Shown: positions 16,308-28,763 of the stretch, in pieces
Position numbering within the stretch: position 1 is the stretch's first letter
Layout: every line of letters begins with the position of its first letter
DNA from: Eledone cirrhosa
Lineage: Eukaryota
Direction: 5' to 3'
NCBI GenBank assembly: GCA_964016885.1
Contig: OZ024743.1
Span: 363,382,001 to 363,446,000, forward strand
DNA: 64,000 bases
Notes under the pieces: generated by a model
The model's input: the letters and a program-made list of their open reading frames with translations, nothing else
Told to the model about the DNA's origin: nothing
Database searches by the model: none
Translations under genes and position numbers: made by a program

Positions 16308-16810
16308 CGTGTGTGTAAAAGGTAAACAGAAATAACACAATCGGTACAGTATGGAAGGAATATATTAAGTTAACGCTTGTTTTGTTTACATTGTAAGCTA
16401 GTTTATATTGGGGTTTGTTTGCATAGTATGCGGCAGAATCAGAAATAAATAGCCTTTGATTCATTTTTATGCACACTATCCTTTGAATCACAACTTTCTT
16501 TAAGACAAACATATTGTATATGTATACACAATTGTATTTCCTGCTCACCTATCTTAATGAGTTCACCCTACCCCATTTTTAATTAAATTCCAACAACTGT
16601 TTCCTAATGTCACTTTCGTTCCTTTATGCATTAATGACACTGCTTTTTTCCATTTCATATTAGCGTGACTCTAACAATAAGTCTTGTAAATGTTCTCCGT
16701 GTTTGTTTTTCTTTTTTTGACAAACCGCTATACATACTATATATATATATATATATATGTGTGTGTCTGTGTTATATATATATATGTGTGTGTGTGTTAT
16801 ATGTGTGTGC

Positions 16811-16841
<31 letters not shown>

Positions 16842-16997
16842 GGAAAATGTTCAAGACCCCGACGGCAGAGCTCAAGCCGTTTCGATAGCTATTTCCAGAA
16901 ATATCTTGAACATTTTCCTATTACCCACTCTACTACCCTACGTATTGAGTACTCTGGTGCGATATGGTCCACCAGGTCCCTTACCACACTTCCTTCG

Positions 16998-17036
<39 letters not shown>

Positions 17037-17150
17037 AGTTGTAATAAAATGAAAACGAAATTTCATTTCTCACTCTTAGTACGGCACTTACATAAATGTA
17101 AGTATGTATGTATACGTACATACATATATGTATACAGACGTACAGTAGCA

Positions 17151-17188
<38 letters not shown>

Positions 17189-17339
17189 CAGGTACACATA
17201 CATATATGTACGTATCAGTTTAGCGGACGCTTATTATAGCGCCCGCTTTGTTCGTTTGTAAACAAACTGAACAGCCTGAATTTATGCCGTACGGTGTTAA
17301 GGCAACCACGTCACCTTTTTGTTCAACACTGACACAGGA

Positions 17340-17382
17340 ACGATGTACTAGTTTCAAGCTTGTTAGCTATCATCAGCATCGT
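17340..17382 (-). ncRNA. Minimal type I hammerhead ribozyme (mirror copy)
   Basis: Reverse complement of 17698-17740, in the left arm of the palindrome. Confidence 0.75.
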
Positions 17383-17697
17383 ATACCCTTCTGCCAGATG
17401 GTTGAACGTTCGAAAGTATATACTTTCCTTATGAAAATTAACGGCTGAGCAGCCTAATTTGCATATCGAGTGAGTCCGGCCAGGCGTACCGAGAACGACA
17501 AGTTGTAATAAAATGAAAACGAAATTTCATTTCTCACTCTTAGTACGGCACTTACTTAAATTTTCATTTTATTACAACTTGTCGTTCTCGGTACGCCTGG
17601 CCGGACTCACTCGATATGCAAATTAGGCTGCTCAGCCGTTAATTTTCATAAGGAAAGTATATACTTTCGAACGTTCAACCATCTGGCAGAAGGGTAT

Positions 17698-17740
17698 ACG
17701 ATGCTGATGATAGCTAACAAGCTTGAAACTAGTACATCGT
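17698..17740 (+). ncRNA. Minimal type I hammerhead ribozyme
   Basis: ACGATG-CTGATGA-T-AGCT(AACA)AGCT-T-GAAA-C(TA)G-TA^-CATCGT: 6-bp stem I, 4-bp stem II, palindromic ACTAGT stem III, GUA cleavage after 17734. Confidence 0.75.
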
Positions 17741-17891
17741 TCCTGTGTCAGTGTTGAACAAAAAGGTGACGTGGTTGCCTTAACACCGTACGGCATAAAT
17801 TCAGGCTGTTCAGTTTGTTTACAAACGAACAAAGCGGGCGCTATAATAAGCGTCCGCTAAACTGATACGTAGATATATGTATGTGTACCTG

Positions 17892-17929
<38 letters not shown>

Positions 17930-18177
17930 TGCTACTGTACGTCTGTATACATATATGTATGTACGTATACATACATACTTACATATATATATTTATGTAT
18001 GTATTATGTTAAGGTAACATAACCTATATAATATATGATAGGTATGATTATTATACTTCTCAATAAAAACGGTAAATGGACCTTGGACCAGAGCATCTAT
18101 AATGGCTTTTCCACCTTAAATTATGTATTTTTTTCCTGAATATTATGTGTACAAAATACTGTGTTTCTCAAACGATA

Positions 18178-18770
18178 TCATCATCATCGCCGTTTTACGT
18201 CCGTTCTTCCACGCTAGCATAGGTTAGACGGGTTGTCCTGTTGTGAGCAGTGTCTGGTCGGCTGACCATGCCTTGCTCATACAGGAACTGATTTTGGCTA
18301 GATTTCTACAGCTGGATGCCCTTCCTAACACCAACCTCATATACAGTGAGTGCTGGGTGCTTTTTTCCGTGGCGCCTACACGTCCACTTTACAGTGTGGG
18401 CGGGGTGCTTTTTTGCCGTGGCACCTCCACGACCACTCTGCAGTGGAAGGGTGTGGGGGCATATTGTCTATATGCTTCAGCTTGTACCCATGGGAGGTCG
18501 GGTACTCTGTATTACTGCGTGACGCCAGAGGTCACGGTCGTGTGTCATCGTCTTTGAGAGGTGTAATTGGGTAAGGTCGGCTTTTATCACCTCATCCCAG
18601 GTCTTCTTGGATCTCCCCACCCCACGGTTTCCATTGACTTCTAGTGCTCTGCACCTTTTTACGCAGCTGTCATCCCTCATACGCATCACATGTCCATACC
18701 AACGCAACTGCCCCTCCTGCACACAGCATTTGATTCCTCTTATGTTCAGTCTCTCTCTCAATTCATTTAT
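18178..18770 (-). mobile_element. RTE LINE 3' end
   Basis: LRWYGHVMRM...GRSKKTW; 3' UTR with GAAGGGCATCCAGCTG and (GAT)n tail. Confidence 0.85.
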
Positions 18771-18819
18771 GGATATATATATATATATATACTTGGGGAG
18801 GGTCATATTGTTGTAATAA

Positions 18820-20440
18820 TATTGCCAGAATTAATAACAGATAGTATTAAAACTACCCTAAAGGGCCACATATTCAAATGCAATGAGAAGATCTACACCC
18901 AAAATGAGGGAGCAACCATTTCATCAGCATAGCTGGTGACGTTGCCAACCTTTTTATGGTATGGTGGGAAAGGAGACTCAAAGATCTCCTTGATGAGAGC
19001 TCCATAGACTTCATCATGTACTCTCGTTACATAGACGACATCAATATAGTAAGAAGGGCATCCCCACAAGAGAGTACTAACAAGTATGATTTAGAATGTA
19101 GCACAATGGAAAGCAGCCAGCAGATAGCTAATTCCATACACCAGAGTATAACTGTAACTATCGACTACCCTTCCAAACACCCTAACAATAGACTACCTGT
19201 ATTAGACACGGAACTCTGGATTAACACTATAGACGAGAGAGCCCAAATTCTCCACTCACAATACCCTAAACCCATAGCCTCCAAATACCTGATACTCAAA
19301 AAGTCAGCAATGTCCAGTAGTGCTAAGTTTAATATTCTGATCAGACTTGGTACGAGTGATGAAGAACGTGTCCCGCATGTGCGACCCAACAGAAATGGAA
19401 AGACACATCCAACACTTCATCAACCGCATGCAGTTCTCTGGCTACAACCAAAGAGACAGAATCAGAGTATACGAAGGAGCCACGGAGAAGTATAAGACCC
19501 TCATAGAACTGGACATGAAAGGAATTTGCCCATTATACAAGAGCAAATCAGGGAATAGCTTAGATAGGACTAAACATAAGATAGGGAAAGCCACCTCATG
19601 GTACGACAACCAGAGATACCAGAGTGTCATGTTCATGGAGGGAAATTAGTGAACCAGTGTAGAAAGGCCCTGAGAAAGACCCACTTAAAGATTAAGGTGG
19701 TAGAAAAGCCAGGAACCACCATAAAATCCCTGATCAGCAAAACATACCCTTTTAAGAAAACCCACTGTACTAATAGGAAATGTATTATATGTAAAGTAAA
19801 CCCCCGGATAAACTGTAAAACTAGAAACGTAGTCTATAGCATAAGATGTACAGAGGGTACTTGCAGAAACATGACAACATACATAGGCGAGACAGCTCAT
19901 AGCATAGGTGAAAGGATAGACCAACACTGGGGGAACTAAAAGGACGAAAAAACGGCTCAGTCCTATACGAACACGCCAGACAACATGACGGTAACATAGA
20001 CAACATAAAAATTAAAATAATATCTAAACATAAAAATGACCCAGCAGATAGGCAAATCAGAGAGGCCAGTGAAATAGAACTTAGAAGGCCAAAGCTAAAC
20101 AGAAAAAATGAATGGAATAACAAAAACACCCAAACAAACAATACTGACCTAAGAGAAATATAAATAAATAAATAAATACATACACAAGCACAATAACAAA
20201 AAACACATATAAACACACACTAGTAAACTAAGATAGAATACAATAACCAAAACACAGTCACCCAAACACGAACACACATCAAACACTATACACACACGCA
20301 AACGCATGCGCAGAGAAGAAGACAAAAATAAATAAATAAACAGATTAAATAAAGATGGCGTAGACATACAATACAACAGGAGGAAATATAATAGCACCAC
20401 TGACGATGTTGCAGATGTGCAACGAAAGAACTTTGTTAGA
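18820..20440 (+). mobile_element. Penelope-like element, 5'-truncated and frameshifted (RT + Cys-rich linker + GIY-YIG)
   Basis: YSRYIDDI, LPVLDTELW, FSGY; CTNRKCIIC...CKTRNVVYSIRC...YIGETAHSIGERI..H. Confidence 0.85.
20393..20436 (+). ncRNA. Degenerate hammerhead in the 3' pLTR of a Penelope-like element
   Basis: CTGACGA-T-GTTGCA(GATG)TGCAAC-GAAA at 20400-20427, about 300 nt downstream of the GIY-YIG region; stem I eroded. Confidence 0.55.
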
Positions 20441-20699
20441 TTATATATATGTGTTTGTGTCTATATTATATCGGTATTTTTTACCGTAAACATTGAGGAC
20501 TGAATAAATTAACTGATATAAAAGATACAAAAGTGAAAACCAACCAAACAGTGAGTGTGTTCTGTTATTAATTCTGGCAATATTATTACAACAATATGAC
20601 CCTCCCCAAGTATAACAATATTTGTTTCGACACACGATTTCATATCAAAAACCTCGCAAAACTAATATATATATATATCTTTTAATTTGATGATACTCT

Positions 20700-21660
20700 G
20701 ACACCTTGTTTCTACTAACCTCTTCTTGTCTCCTTGGAGGAGTTGCAATCCTGGGTCTAGCAGAGACCAAGAGGGAGCACTTGGAAACTGGAATGTCTCC
20801 AAGCGCTCACTGCCCTTTGTCAATCGGGCTTTGCGATCGGTAGAAACTCCACATTGGCTTTCTATAGAGGGCTAGTGGAGGACAGGAGCGACGACTAGCT
20901 GTTATCTTCCGGAGGACTTTCGGTCTAGGGTCAATGGGTAACTTCCAAAAATCCCTGGCCTGGCCTGGCAGTGTAACCGGGGAGCGTTGGCAATTCTAGA
21001 TAAAATTTACAGTCATGGAAGTGCCGTCAGCCGGGGCTGTCCGAGATGCACGCAGGGCGACGAGACTTGTGGGTTTATGTCGAACATCTGCTGTCGCATG
21101 CAGGACGGATCCGGCTATCAGCTCAGTCCATCATGAAGATTGCCCCGCCCTTCTTTAACCAGGAAGTGCAGCCAGTTTTTATCTGCCTGGTGGTCATGAC
21201 AAAGTAGGTCGTATGGTGGACGCGTCTGAAAGGGTTGAAGACGGACACTTTCCTCTCCGGTGATGCTCTCATTAACTTTTTCAGGTTTCACCTGAAAAGG
21301 AAAATCAGAGTGGAGAGGGAAGTGTTGCTCTCCAGCCAGTTTGTTGAAAGGTGGGGAGTGAGAGGCAAGAATGGCCTGTTTGAACGAACCTGCCCTGAGC
21401 GTGTGCCTGTAGTATTGAGGGAGGACAACTGGGAGAGGGCGCTTGCCCTAGCAGGTAGGGTGACCGTGGATTTTGTGCGCTTTCTCCACGAGTAACCATT
21501 GGAGTCTCCTCACCTCTGGGGAATTTGTTATGTTTATTTTTTTTTATGTTTATTTTCTTAATGTCTGTTATGAATTTTATTCTACACAAAAAAAGACCCC
21601 ACACTGTATCGCCCTGTACCGTCTTTAATGTCTCCTTAATGTAAACTCCGTGTGGCTAAT
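20700..21660 (+). mobile_element. Degenerate L1/Tx1 3' fragment (same family as 44560-45375)
   Basis: tccctggcctggcagtg, gtatggtggacgcgtctgaaagg shared; FLSG..LINFFRFHL.RKIRVEREVL. Confidence 0.8.
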
Positions 21661-21699
21661 TATTATTATTATTATCATCATTATTATCATTATACATAA

Positions 21700-22100
21700 A
21701 GGGTTGACAGAATCGGTCGAGCATCGGACATGCTTAGCAGCATAGTGTTATGGCCCTTTATGTTCTGAGTTCAAACCCCACTGAGGTTAGCTTTGTCTTT
21801 CTTCCTTATGGTGTCGATAAAATAAAGTACCAGTAACACAATGAGGTCAATTTAATCTACTTTCCTCTCCCCAAAATGGTTGGTCTTGTGCCTAAATCAG
21901 AAACGATTATTATTATGCGGCAGATTGGCAGAATCGGTAGAGTGTTGGACAACATGCTTAACGATATAGAGTTATGGTCCTTTACGGTCTGAGTTCAAAT
22001 CCCGCCGAGGATAGCTTTGTCTTTCATCCTTACGGGATCGATATTCCCCTTCAACTTTCCCCTTCCCCCATATTACTGGCCTTGTGCTTATACTAGAAAT
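21700..22100 (+). mobile_element. Older SINE family A tandem pair
   Basis: Two diverged copies with A/B boxes and core. Confidence 0.8.
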
Positions 22101-22103
22101 TAC

Positions 22104-22137
<34 letters not shown>

Positions 22138-22464
22138 TACAAGAGTCAGGTGAAAAGTTTATTAATAACAAAAGAAAGCTTGTTGATACGTTGATCGCAA
22201 TTAATACTAAATATAATTGGTAATTTAGTTTTTTTGTGCCTTTTCAACTAATCTGACCTCTGACTTGCTTGCAATCGACTTTTTGTATTTGTTTTCCAGG
22301 ATTACTTATCTGAAAATGTGTGTTGAAACATATATTGTTATACTTTGGGAGGGTCATGCTGCCAATAAAAACACACGCACATTGTTGCTTTTCATTTCAA
22401 TTCATTATAAATTTCCGGTTGGTTGGTTCAGTAACTGGATGGTTGTTTATATATTGTCAAAGCT

Positions 22465-22780
22465 CTTTCATTGGCGTCAGTATTGCTGGTGACGTAGCTA
22501 ACCTCTTTAAGATATGGTGGGACAGAAGACTTAAGGAGCGCTTCGATAAGAACTCTATAACCCTGAGTATGTACTCCTGCTATGTAGATGACATAAACAT
22601 TATAGTGGAAACACTCCCACAGGAGAACAGTCAGGAATTAGAGAGGAACGCCATGGAAATAATCCACCAGAGTATTAAAGATACCATAGACTTCCCAACT
22701 AAACACCCCAACCATAGATTACCTGTACTAGACACAGAACTCTGGGTAGAAGCCATTAGTAATGAAACACAAACCCTCCA
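22465..22780 (+). mobile_element. Penelope-like RT fragment (same family as 18820-20440)
   Basis: IGVSIAGDVANLF..WWDRRLK...YVDDINII...LPVLDTELW. Confidence 0.75.
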
Positions 22781-23499
22781 TTATATATATATATGTAAAA
22801 GTTAAACAGAAATAACAATACAATCGGTACTGTATATGGAAGGAATATATTAGGTTAATGCTTGAAATAACAGGAAGCGGGTCTTAATATTTTGGACGCT
22901 AGTCCTTCATCAGAAGAAAGACTGAGAAATAAGATAGATTGAAGGGACGGGCAGGGTGGAATTGGAAAAATGTCTTTAGATAAAAATGACAGGTCGATTC
23001 ATGTTGACATCTCTTGATATATTTAAAAAATGGAAAAGAATGACTTCACTTGTAGATTTCTAAACAGTTTAAATTAATTTTATAATATTATAATTTTACA
23101 ATTTGGTTTTATAGATCTTTTCCTTGCTCAGAAATGGAAGGAAGATGGGAAAAAAACTTACTCCAACACTTAATTTTAAATCTTTAATTTTTAGTTTTTA
23201 ATTCGTATTAATTCCTTTCAATTGTAATACTCAACATTTGATAAGATTAATTTTAATAATACATCGAAATCGGTAATACTTTATATACATTATAAAACTC
23301 TTTTTAAAAAGAATTGTCCCTCTCATATTTTCAATAATGTCACTTTGAAGAATCAAAGAAAGGAAAAATAAGAAAAACAGACTCTAAAATATATTTTCCA
23401 TGCTATTTCCAACTTCCCCTTTTCTATATATCCACTGTTTTGTATAGAACCTTACTTCCTTTTTTCTTATATAAAGGTCTGCTCCATCCACAAATTTCA

Positions 23500-25850
23500 T
23501 GAGTCGCCTTCTGAAAGTTAACCTGTTGAAGGCGACCGATGAAATCTGTGGCTGGAGCAGTCCTTTAGGCAGGAGGAGAGTGACATGGTGGTGGAGGAGT
23601 CCATCAAGGGCAAAAAGCAGGCATGGAAAGAATGGCAGGACGGGAGCAGTAGAGAACACTATCAGGTAGCTAGGAGAGAAGCTAGACAAGTATGCCTTGC
23701 AAAGAGGGAAGCAGAGGATAGTAAGTTCAAGTATATTCTACAACAGGAGGACCAAAGACGTGAGATATTCAGGATTGCGAGGCAATGTGTCAAGGAGAAC
23801 TGTGATACTTGCCCTCACTGATAGTGATAAGAAGTTTGCTTGGAAGTGTCACTACGGGAGACTACTGAATGTGGAGTATGAATGTAATAAAGATAGTCTG
23901 CCCCACATCGATCCAATAGAAGGACCAGCTGTGCAATTTGATGGTAGTGTAGTAAGTAAGGCAATCAAAAATATGAAGACACGCAAGGCAGCTGGGCCTT
24001 CGGGAATAGTTGCTGAAATGTTGAAGGTATCTGGAATGGTGGGACATACTATGGTCACGCGGATAGTAAACCAAGTAATACAGAATGGGGTCATACCAAA
24101 TGACTGGTGTAGCATCATCATCAACTGTTACAAGGGCAAAGGAGACACCCTTGATAGAGGAAACTATAGGGGTATTAAATTAGTTGACCAAATCATGAAA
24201 GTCACAGAAAGAGTTATTACTCAACTGATCAGAGACCAAATTGATCTAGATAAAATGCAGTTTGGGTTTGTGCCAGGTAAAAGTACCACGGATGCTCTTT
24301 TCCTTGTACAGCAATTGCAAGAGAAGTAAACAGTAAACCCCTCTACTTAGCTGTTGTTGTCCTAGAGAAGGCCTTTGACAGAGTCCCATGCAACTTAATC
24401 TGGTGGGCTCTTAGAAGATTAAGAGTGGAAGAATGGATTGTGAGAGCTATACAAGCCATGTATAGAGGAACAGTCAGTAAGGTTAGAATTAACAAAGAAT
24501 ATAGTGATGAATTTAGCGTAATTGTAGGGGTACACCAGGGCTCTGTTCTTAGCCCCCTCCTGTTTATTATTGTACTACAGGCTATAACAGAGGGGTTTAA
24601 GACTGGCTGCTCATGGGAACTTCTATATGCAGATGATCTAACTCTTATAACTGAATCTATGGCTGAACTAGAGAGGAAGTTCCAAACATGGAAGCATAGC
24701 TTTGAATCAAAAGGCCTTAGAGTCAACTTGTCTAAGACTAAGATTCTAATATGCAGAAAGGAGAATAGGGCACAGGAACCCTCTGGGAAATGGCCATGCT
24801 CAGTGTGTAAGATATCCATTCTATGTCCCAAATGCAAAATATGGGTACATAAAAGATGTAGTGGGATCAGAGATAAACTATCTAAGAATGTAGATTTTAT
24901 ATGTGGCCGATGCTCAGGGGCAGTAAGTATCAAGGACCTACTGGATGATATCTCCTTCAACTGTCCAGATGGTTCTATAGAAATAGTAGACACCTTCCGT
25001 TACCTGGGTGACAAAATCAACAGTGGAGGAGAGTTCTCTGAAAGTTCAAAGAGCTAATACCGCTGTTGGCCACAAGGAGTTTTTCTCTAAAAATGAAAGG
25101 CAGATTGTATGATGCATGTATACGAACAGCAATATTACATGGTAGTGAGACTTGGGCATTGTGTGCTGAAGACCTGCATAGATTAGAAAGAAATGAAGCA
25201 TGCATGCTCCGATGGATGTGCGTGAAAGGCGAAGCATAAACGAACTAAGAGGGAGACTAAGGAAAAGAGGTATCAAATCTTGTGTTCTGGAGAGTAGATT
25301 GCGTTGGTATGGACATGTGATGCATATAAACGATGACAGCTGTATAAAAAAGTGCAGGACAATGAAAATTGATGGAAACTGCGGAGTGGGTAGACCAAGA
25401 AAAACCTGGGACGAGGTGATAAAAACTGACCTTGCCCACCTACACCTCTCTAAGACAATGACACTGGATCGAGACTTTTGGCGCTATGCAGTTGTACGGA
25501 AGACCCGACTACCATTGCATACAAACCTACAGTCAGTAGGCACCTCTTAACTCAATGTACACCCCACCACCACACCCTACCCCACCCTCCCTCTCTCGTT
25601 CCGTCCACTGTGTCAATGACACAACAGTCCACACTGTAAGGTGACCATGTAGGAGACACGGGAAAAAGGCTCCCAGTCCACACTGTAAATGTGGTTGGTG
25701 TTAGGAAGGGTATCCAGCTGTAAAAAAAAACCTGCCAGAGATGCTTCCATCCGAGTGAGTCATGGTCTGCCGACCATTCCCGCATCAAATTGAACAAAAT
25801 CATCTAACCCATGCTAGCGTGGAAGATGGATGTTAAACGATGATGATGAT
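23500..25850 (+). mobile_element. 5'-truncated RTE LINE (same family as 43975-48765)
   Basis: KAAGPSG, NYRGIKL, VHQGSVLSPLLF, YADDL, CSVC..CPKCKIWVHKRC..CGRC, GRPRKTW; (GAT)n tail at ~25838. Confidence 0.9.
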
Positions 25851-26093
25851 ATATATATTGAAGATTCGGGACCCCGACGGGTGAATTCCTGCCATTTCAA
25901 CAGGCAGATTAGAACTTGGATCATATTCCCCACTCTACTACCCCAAGTATAGAGTACTCTGGTGATTAATAGTCTAACTGGTTTTTACTGCATCCATTCT
26001 TATTGATATATATATGTATATGTGTGTGTGTGTGTGTATGTGTGTGCATATGTATATATATATGTATACATATGTATATATATATATGTATGC

Positions 26094-26126
<33 letters not shown>

Positions 26127-26204
26127 AGTTATAAATATATATATTTGTTGAATTACCAACAAATTAAATATCTCTTTTGCTTATATATATATATATATAT
26201 ATGT

Positions 26205-26850
26205 ACATCCACAAGGACTCTAGCCACCCTCCTGTAGTTTTTAAAAATCTTATCAATAACATTAATAAGAAGGTGTCTAACCTCTCTTCCACCAAAGCCA
26301 TCTTTGATAGGGTAACACCCTACTACTATTCAGCACTAAGCAACAGTAGCTTCTCTGAAAAATCACCACCCTACATCTAAAAAGAAAAAAATCTAAACAT
26401 AAAAACGTTATATGGTTCGCTCCACCTTTCGCACTTAATGTGAAAACTAATGTAAGTAGAAAATTCCTAGACCTCCACTTTCTTGCTGGCCATAAATACC
26501 GACAGATATTCAATCGCCATACAGTGAAAATAGGCTACTCGTGTGCTAATAACATTAAAACCCACATCTCCGGCAAAAGCAAAAGCCCTCCACCGTACAG
26601 ATGCTCATGCAGAAGACCAGAGACATGCCCACTAGACCAACAGTACAACACTCCATTGGTGATATATCAAGCAGAAGTTACCTCCACCATCCAGAACCAC
26701 CAAACTGAATCCTGGACTTATGTCGGGATGTCTGAGAGCCGGTTCAAAAAGCGGTACCAGAACCATGAAACAGCCTTCAGACATCCTGACAAAAATTATG
26801 CCAACCACCTCACAAACCATGCATGGAGTCTTAAAAATACATTCTGAGTA
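26205..26850 (+). mobile_element. Penelope-like 3' fragment (RT thumb + GIY-YIG)
   Basis: SSHPP, VIWFAPPF, IFNRHTVKIGYSC, CSCRRPETCPL, VIYQAEV...YVGMSESRFKKRYQNH. Confidence 0.8.
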
Positions 26851-27122
26851 AATAGCATAGACCTGACTAACTAATTCCAATGTCAACGAATATATTTTCT
26901 TTGAATTACTAATTTGTATGTCAGCAGAAATTTCCCTACTCTTGATATTAGTTCAACCTATTTAATAATTTTGGTTATTTGTAGCTATTTCTTTAGTCAA
27001 AATATAGTGAGAGCTTCTATTTCTACTAAATTTTGAACTTCGCTCACTGTCTTCAAAATAAAACACTTTGTCATTATACTTGCTCTGAATATAGCTTCTA
27101 ATTTGAATGGAAAGGGGTGGGT

Positions 27123-27207
27123 GATGTATTGGTGTAATGGTAGCACAGTGGTCTAGAATCTAGACTCTAGATAACCAAAGATGTAGGTTGGACTCCCATG
27201 TACGTCA
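27123..27207 (+). pseudogene. tRNA-like cloverleaf (pseudo-tRNA or SINE head), possibly with a 14-nt intron
   Basis: Acceptor GATGTAT/GTACGTC; D arm TGGTGTAATGGTAGCAC; anticodon stem gTGGT/ACCAa; T arm GTAGG-TTGGACT-CCCAT (mutated TTCG). Confidence 0.5.
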
Positions 27208-27439
27208 ATACTCATCCATTTCTATTTAGAGGGTGCTAAACCCCTACTGTCAGGTTAATTTCTTTAGTCAAAATACGGCGAAAGCTTCTATTTCTACTAA
27301 ATTTCGAAAATGTTTGTCATGGTGTCTGTAATGCTAATCCCTTCTTTAGCAAGTAACAAAGCCTTAAAATCCTTGTTTATATAAAAAACACTTGAATTCA
27401 ACAGTATATAAACTGAATGACTTATATTAATTATACATT

Positions 27440-27884
27440 GGTCGATAAAATAAAGTACCAGTAATGCACTGGGTAATTGCTGGCCTTGTGCCTAAAGTAG
27501 AAACAATTAATTATACATTGGACGCCATGCTTTCTAGCATAGTTATGTCCCTTTACAGTCTGAGTTCAAATTCCGCCGAGGTTAACTTTGCCTTTCATCC
27601 TTACGGGGTCGATAAAATAAAGTACCAGTAATGTACTGGGTAATTGCTGGCCTTGTGCCTAAAGTAGAAACAATTAATTATACATTATACAGAGGGTGGT
27701 GGATTGGCAGTAACGGTAGAGGGTCGGACACCATGCTTTAAAGCATAGAGTTACCTCCCCTTATGATCTGATTTCAAATCCCGCCGAGGTTAACTTTGCC
27801 TTTCATCCTTACAGGGTCGATAAAATAAAGTACCAGTAATACACTGCAATAATTGCTGGCCTTGTGCCAAAAGTAGAAACAATT
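27440..27884 (+). mobile_element. SINE family A triplet
   Basis: Copies of about 66, 153 and 190 bp, each bounded by ATTAATTATACAT. Confidence 0.9.
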
Positions 27885-28763
27885 AATTATACATCTTAAT
27901 TAGCTAGTATTGATTATAAATTAATGTTATAATGTATACATATACAATCTTAATTAAACATTACTATTTCCAATTACATATATTGATTTGTGTGGTAGTG
28001 TTGACAATATAATACTGTGACATTTGGAGATCTACCATAGAAATAAAGTGAAAGGGGACAATTAGAATCAATATCAGGTCATGATAAATAATTGTTACTA
28101 CTATTGGCATAAGGCCAGCAATCACCCAGTACATTACTGGTACTTTATTTTATCGACCCCGTAAGGATGAAAGGCAAAGTTAACCTCGGCGGGATTTGAA
28201 CTCAGAATGGCAAGTGCCGTAACTCTATGCATCAAAGCATGGCGTCCGACCCTCTACCAATACTGCCAATATAATGATACAATTGCACTGTCTAAACTTT
28301 TTACATGTCAACATGAGTCAGCAGAATGTGCAGTAGATTATATCATTCAGCATATTATGATGTTTTGTTATTTCATCTGAAGAGAGATGAGGCAATGTAT
28401 TGATTTTTGAGCTACCTGTCATCATCATCTTCGTTTAACGTCCACTTTCCACGCTAGCATGGGTTAGACGGTTGCCCTTACTAACCCTTCTTCCCCTACC
28501 ACAACCATCGATAGCACACAATACATTTTCACAAATCACATTACCATCTTTCAGGTGGATGTAGCATGGCCAAATGCTTAACAAGTTTACTTCACAATCC
28601 TAAAGTTCTGGGTTTGATCCCACTGTGTGGCATTTTGTATAAGTGTATTTTACTATAGCTTCTGTTTAACCTACACCTTGTGAATGAAATTGGGTAAAAT
28701 TGTTTACAAGCCAATCAGATGGACTATACCTGTAATTTAAAGGCCAGCCTTGTCACATATGTT

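Larger units (their letters stand above)
17036..17984. mobile_element. Hammerhead-containing ORF-less retroelement (retrozyme-like / non-autonomous PLE): 464-nt monomer with 56-nt terminal redundancy plus an inverted copy
   Basis: Near-perfect 424-bp inverted arms 17096-17519 / 17561-17984; exact 56-bp direct repeat 17036-17091 = 17500-17555; hammerhead in each arm; (TA)n flanks. Confidence 0.75.

Noticed and set aside
17248-17832. Identical twin 66-aa ORFs on opposite strands
   Set aside because: A consequence of the palindrome; non-ATG start, no motif, and antisense to the ribozyme.
18820-20120. Naiad-type (N-terminal endonuclease, selenoprotein) PLE
   Set aside because: GIY-YIG is C-terminal to the RT, and the disruptions are frameshifts; no SECIS evidence seen.
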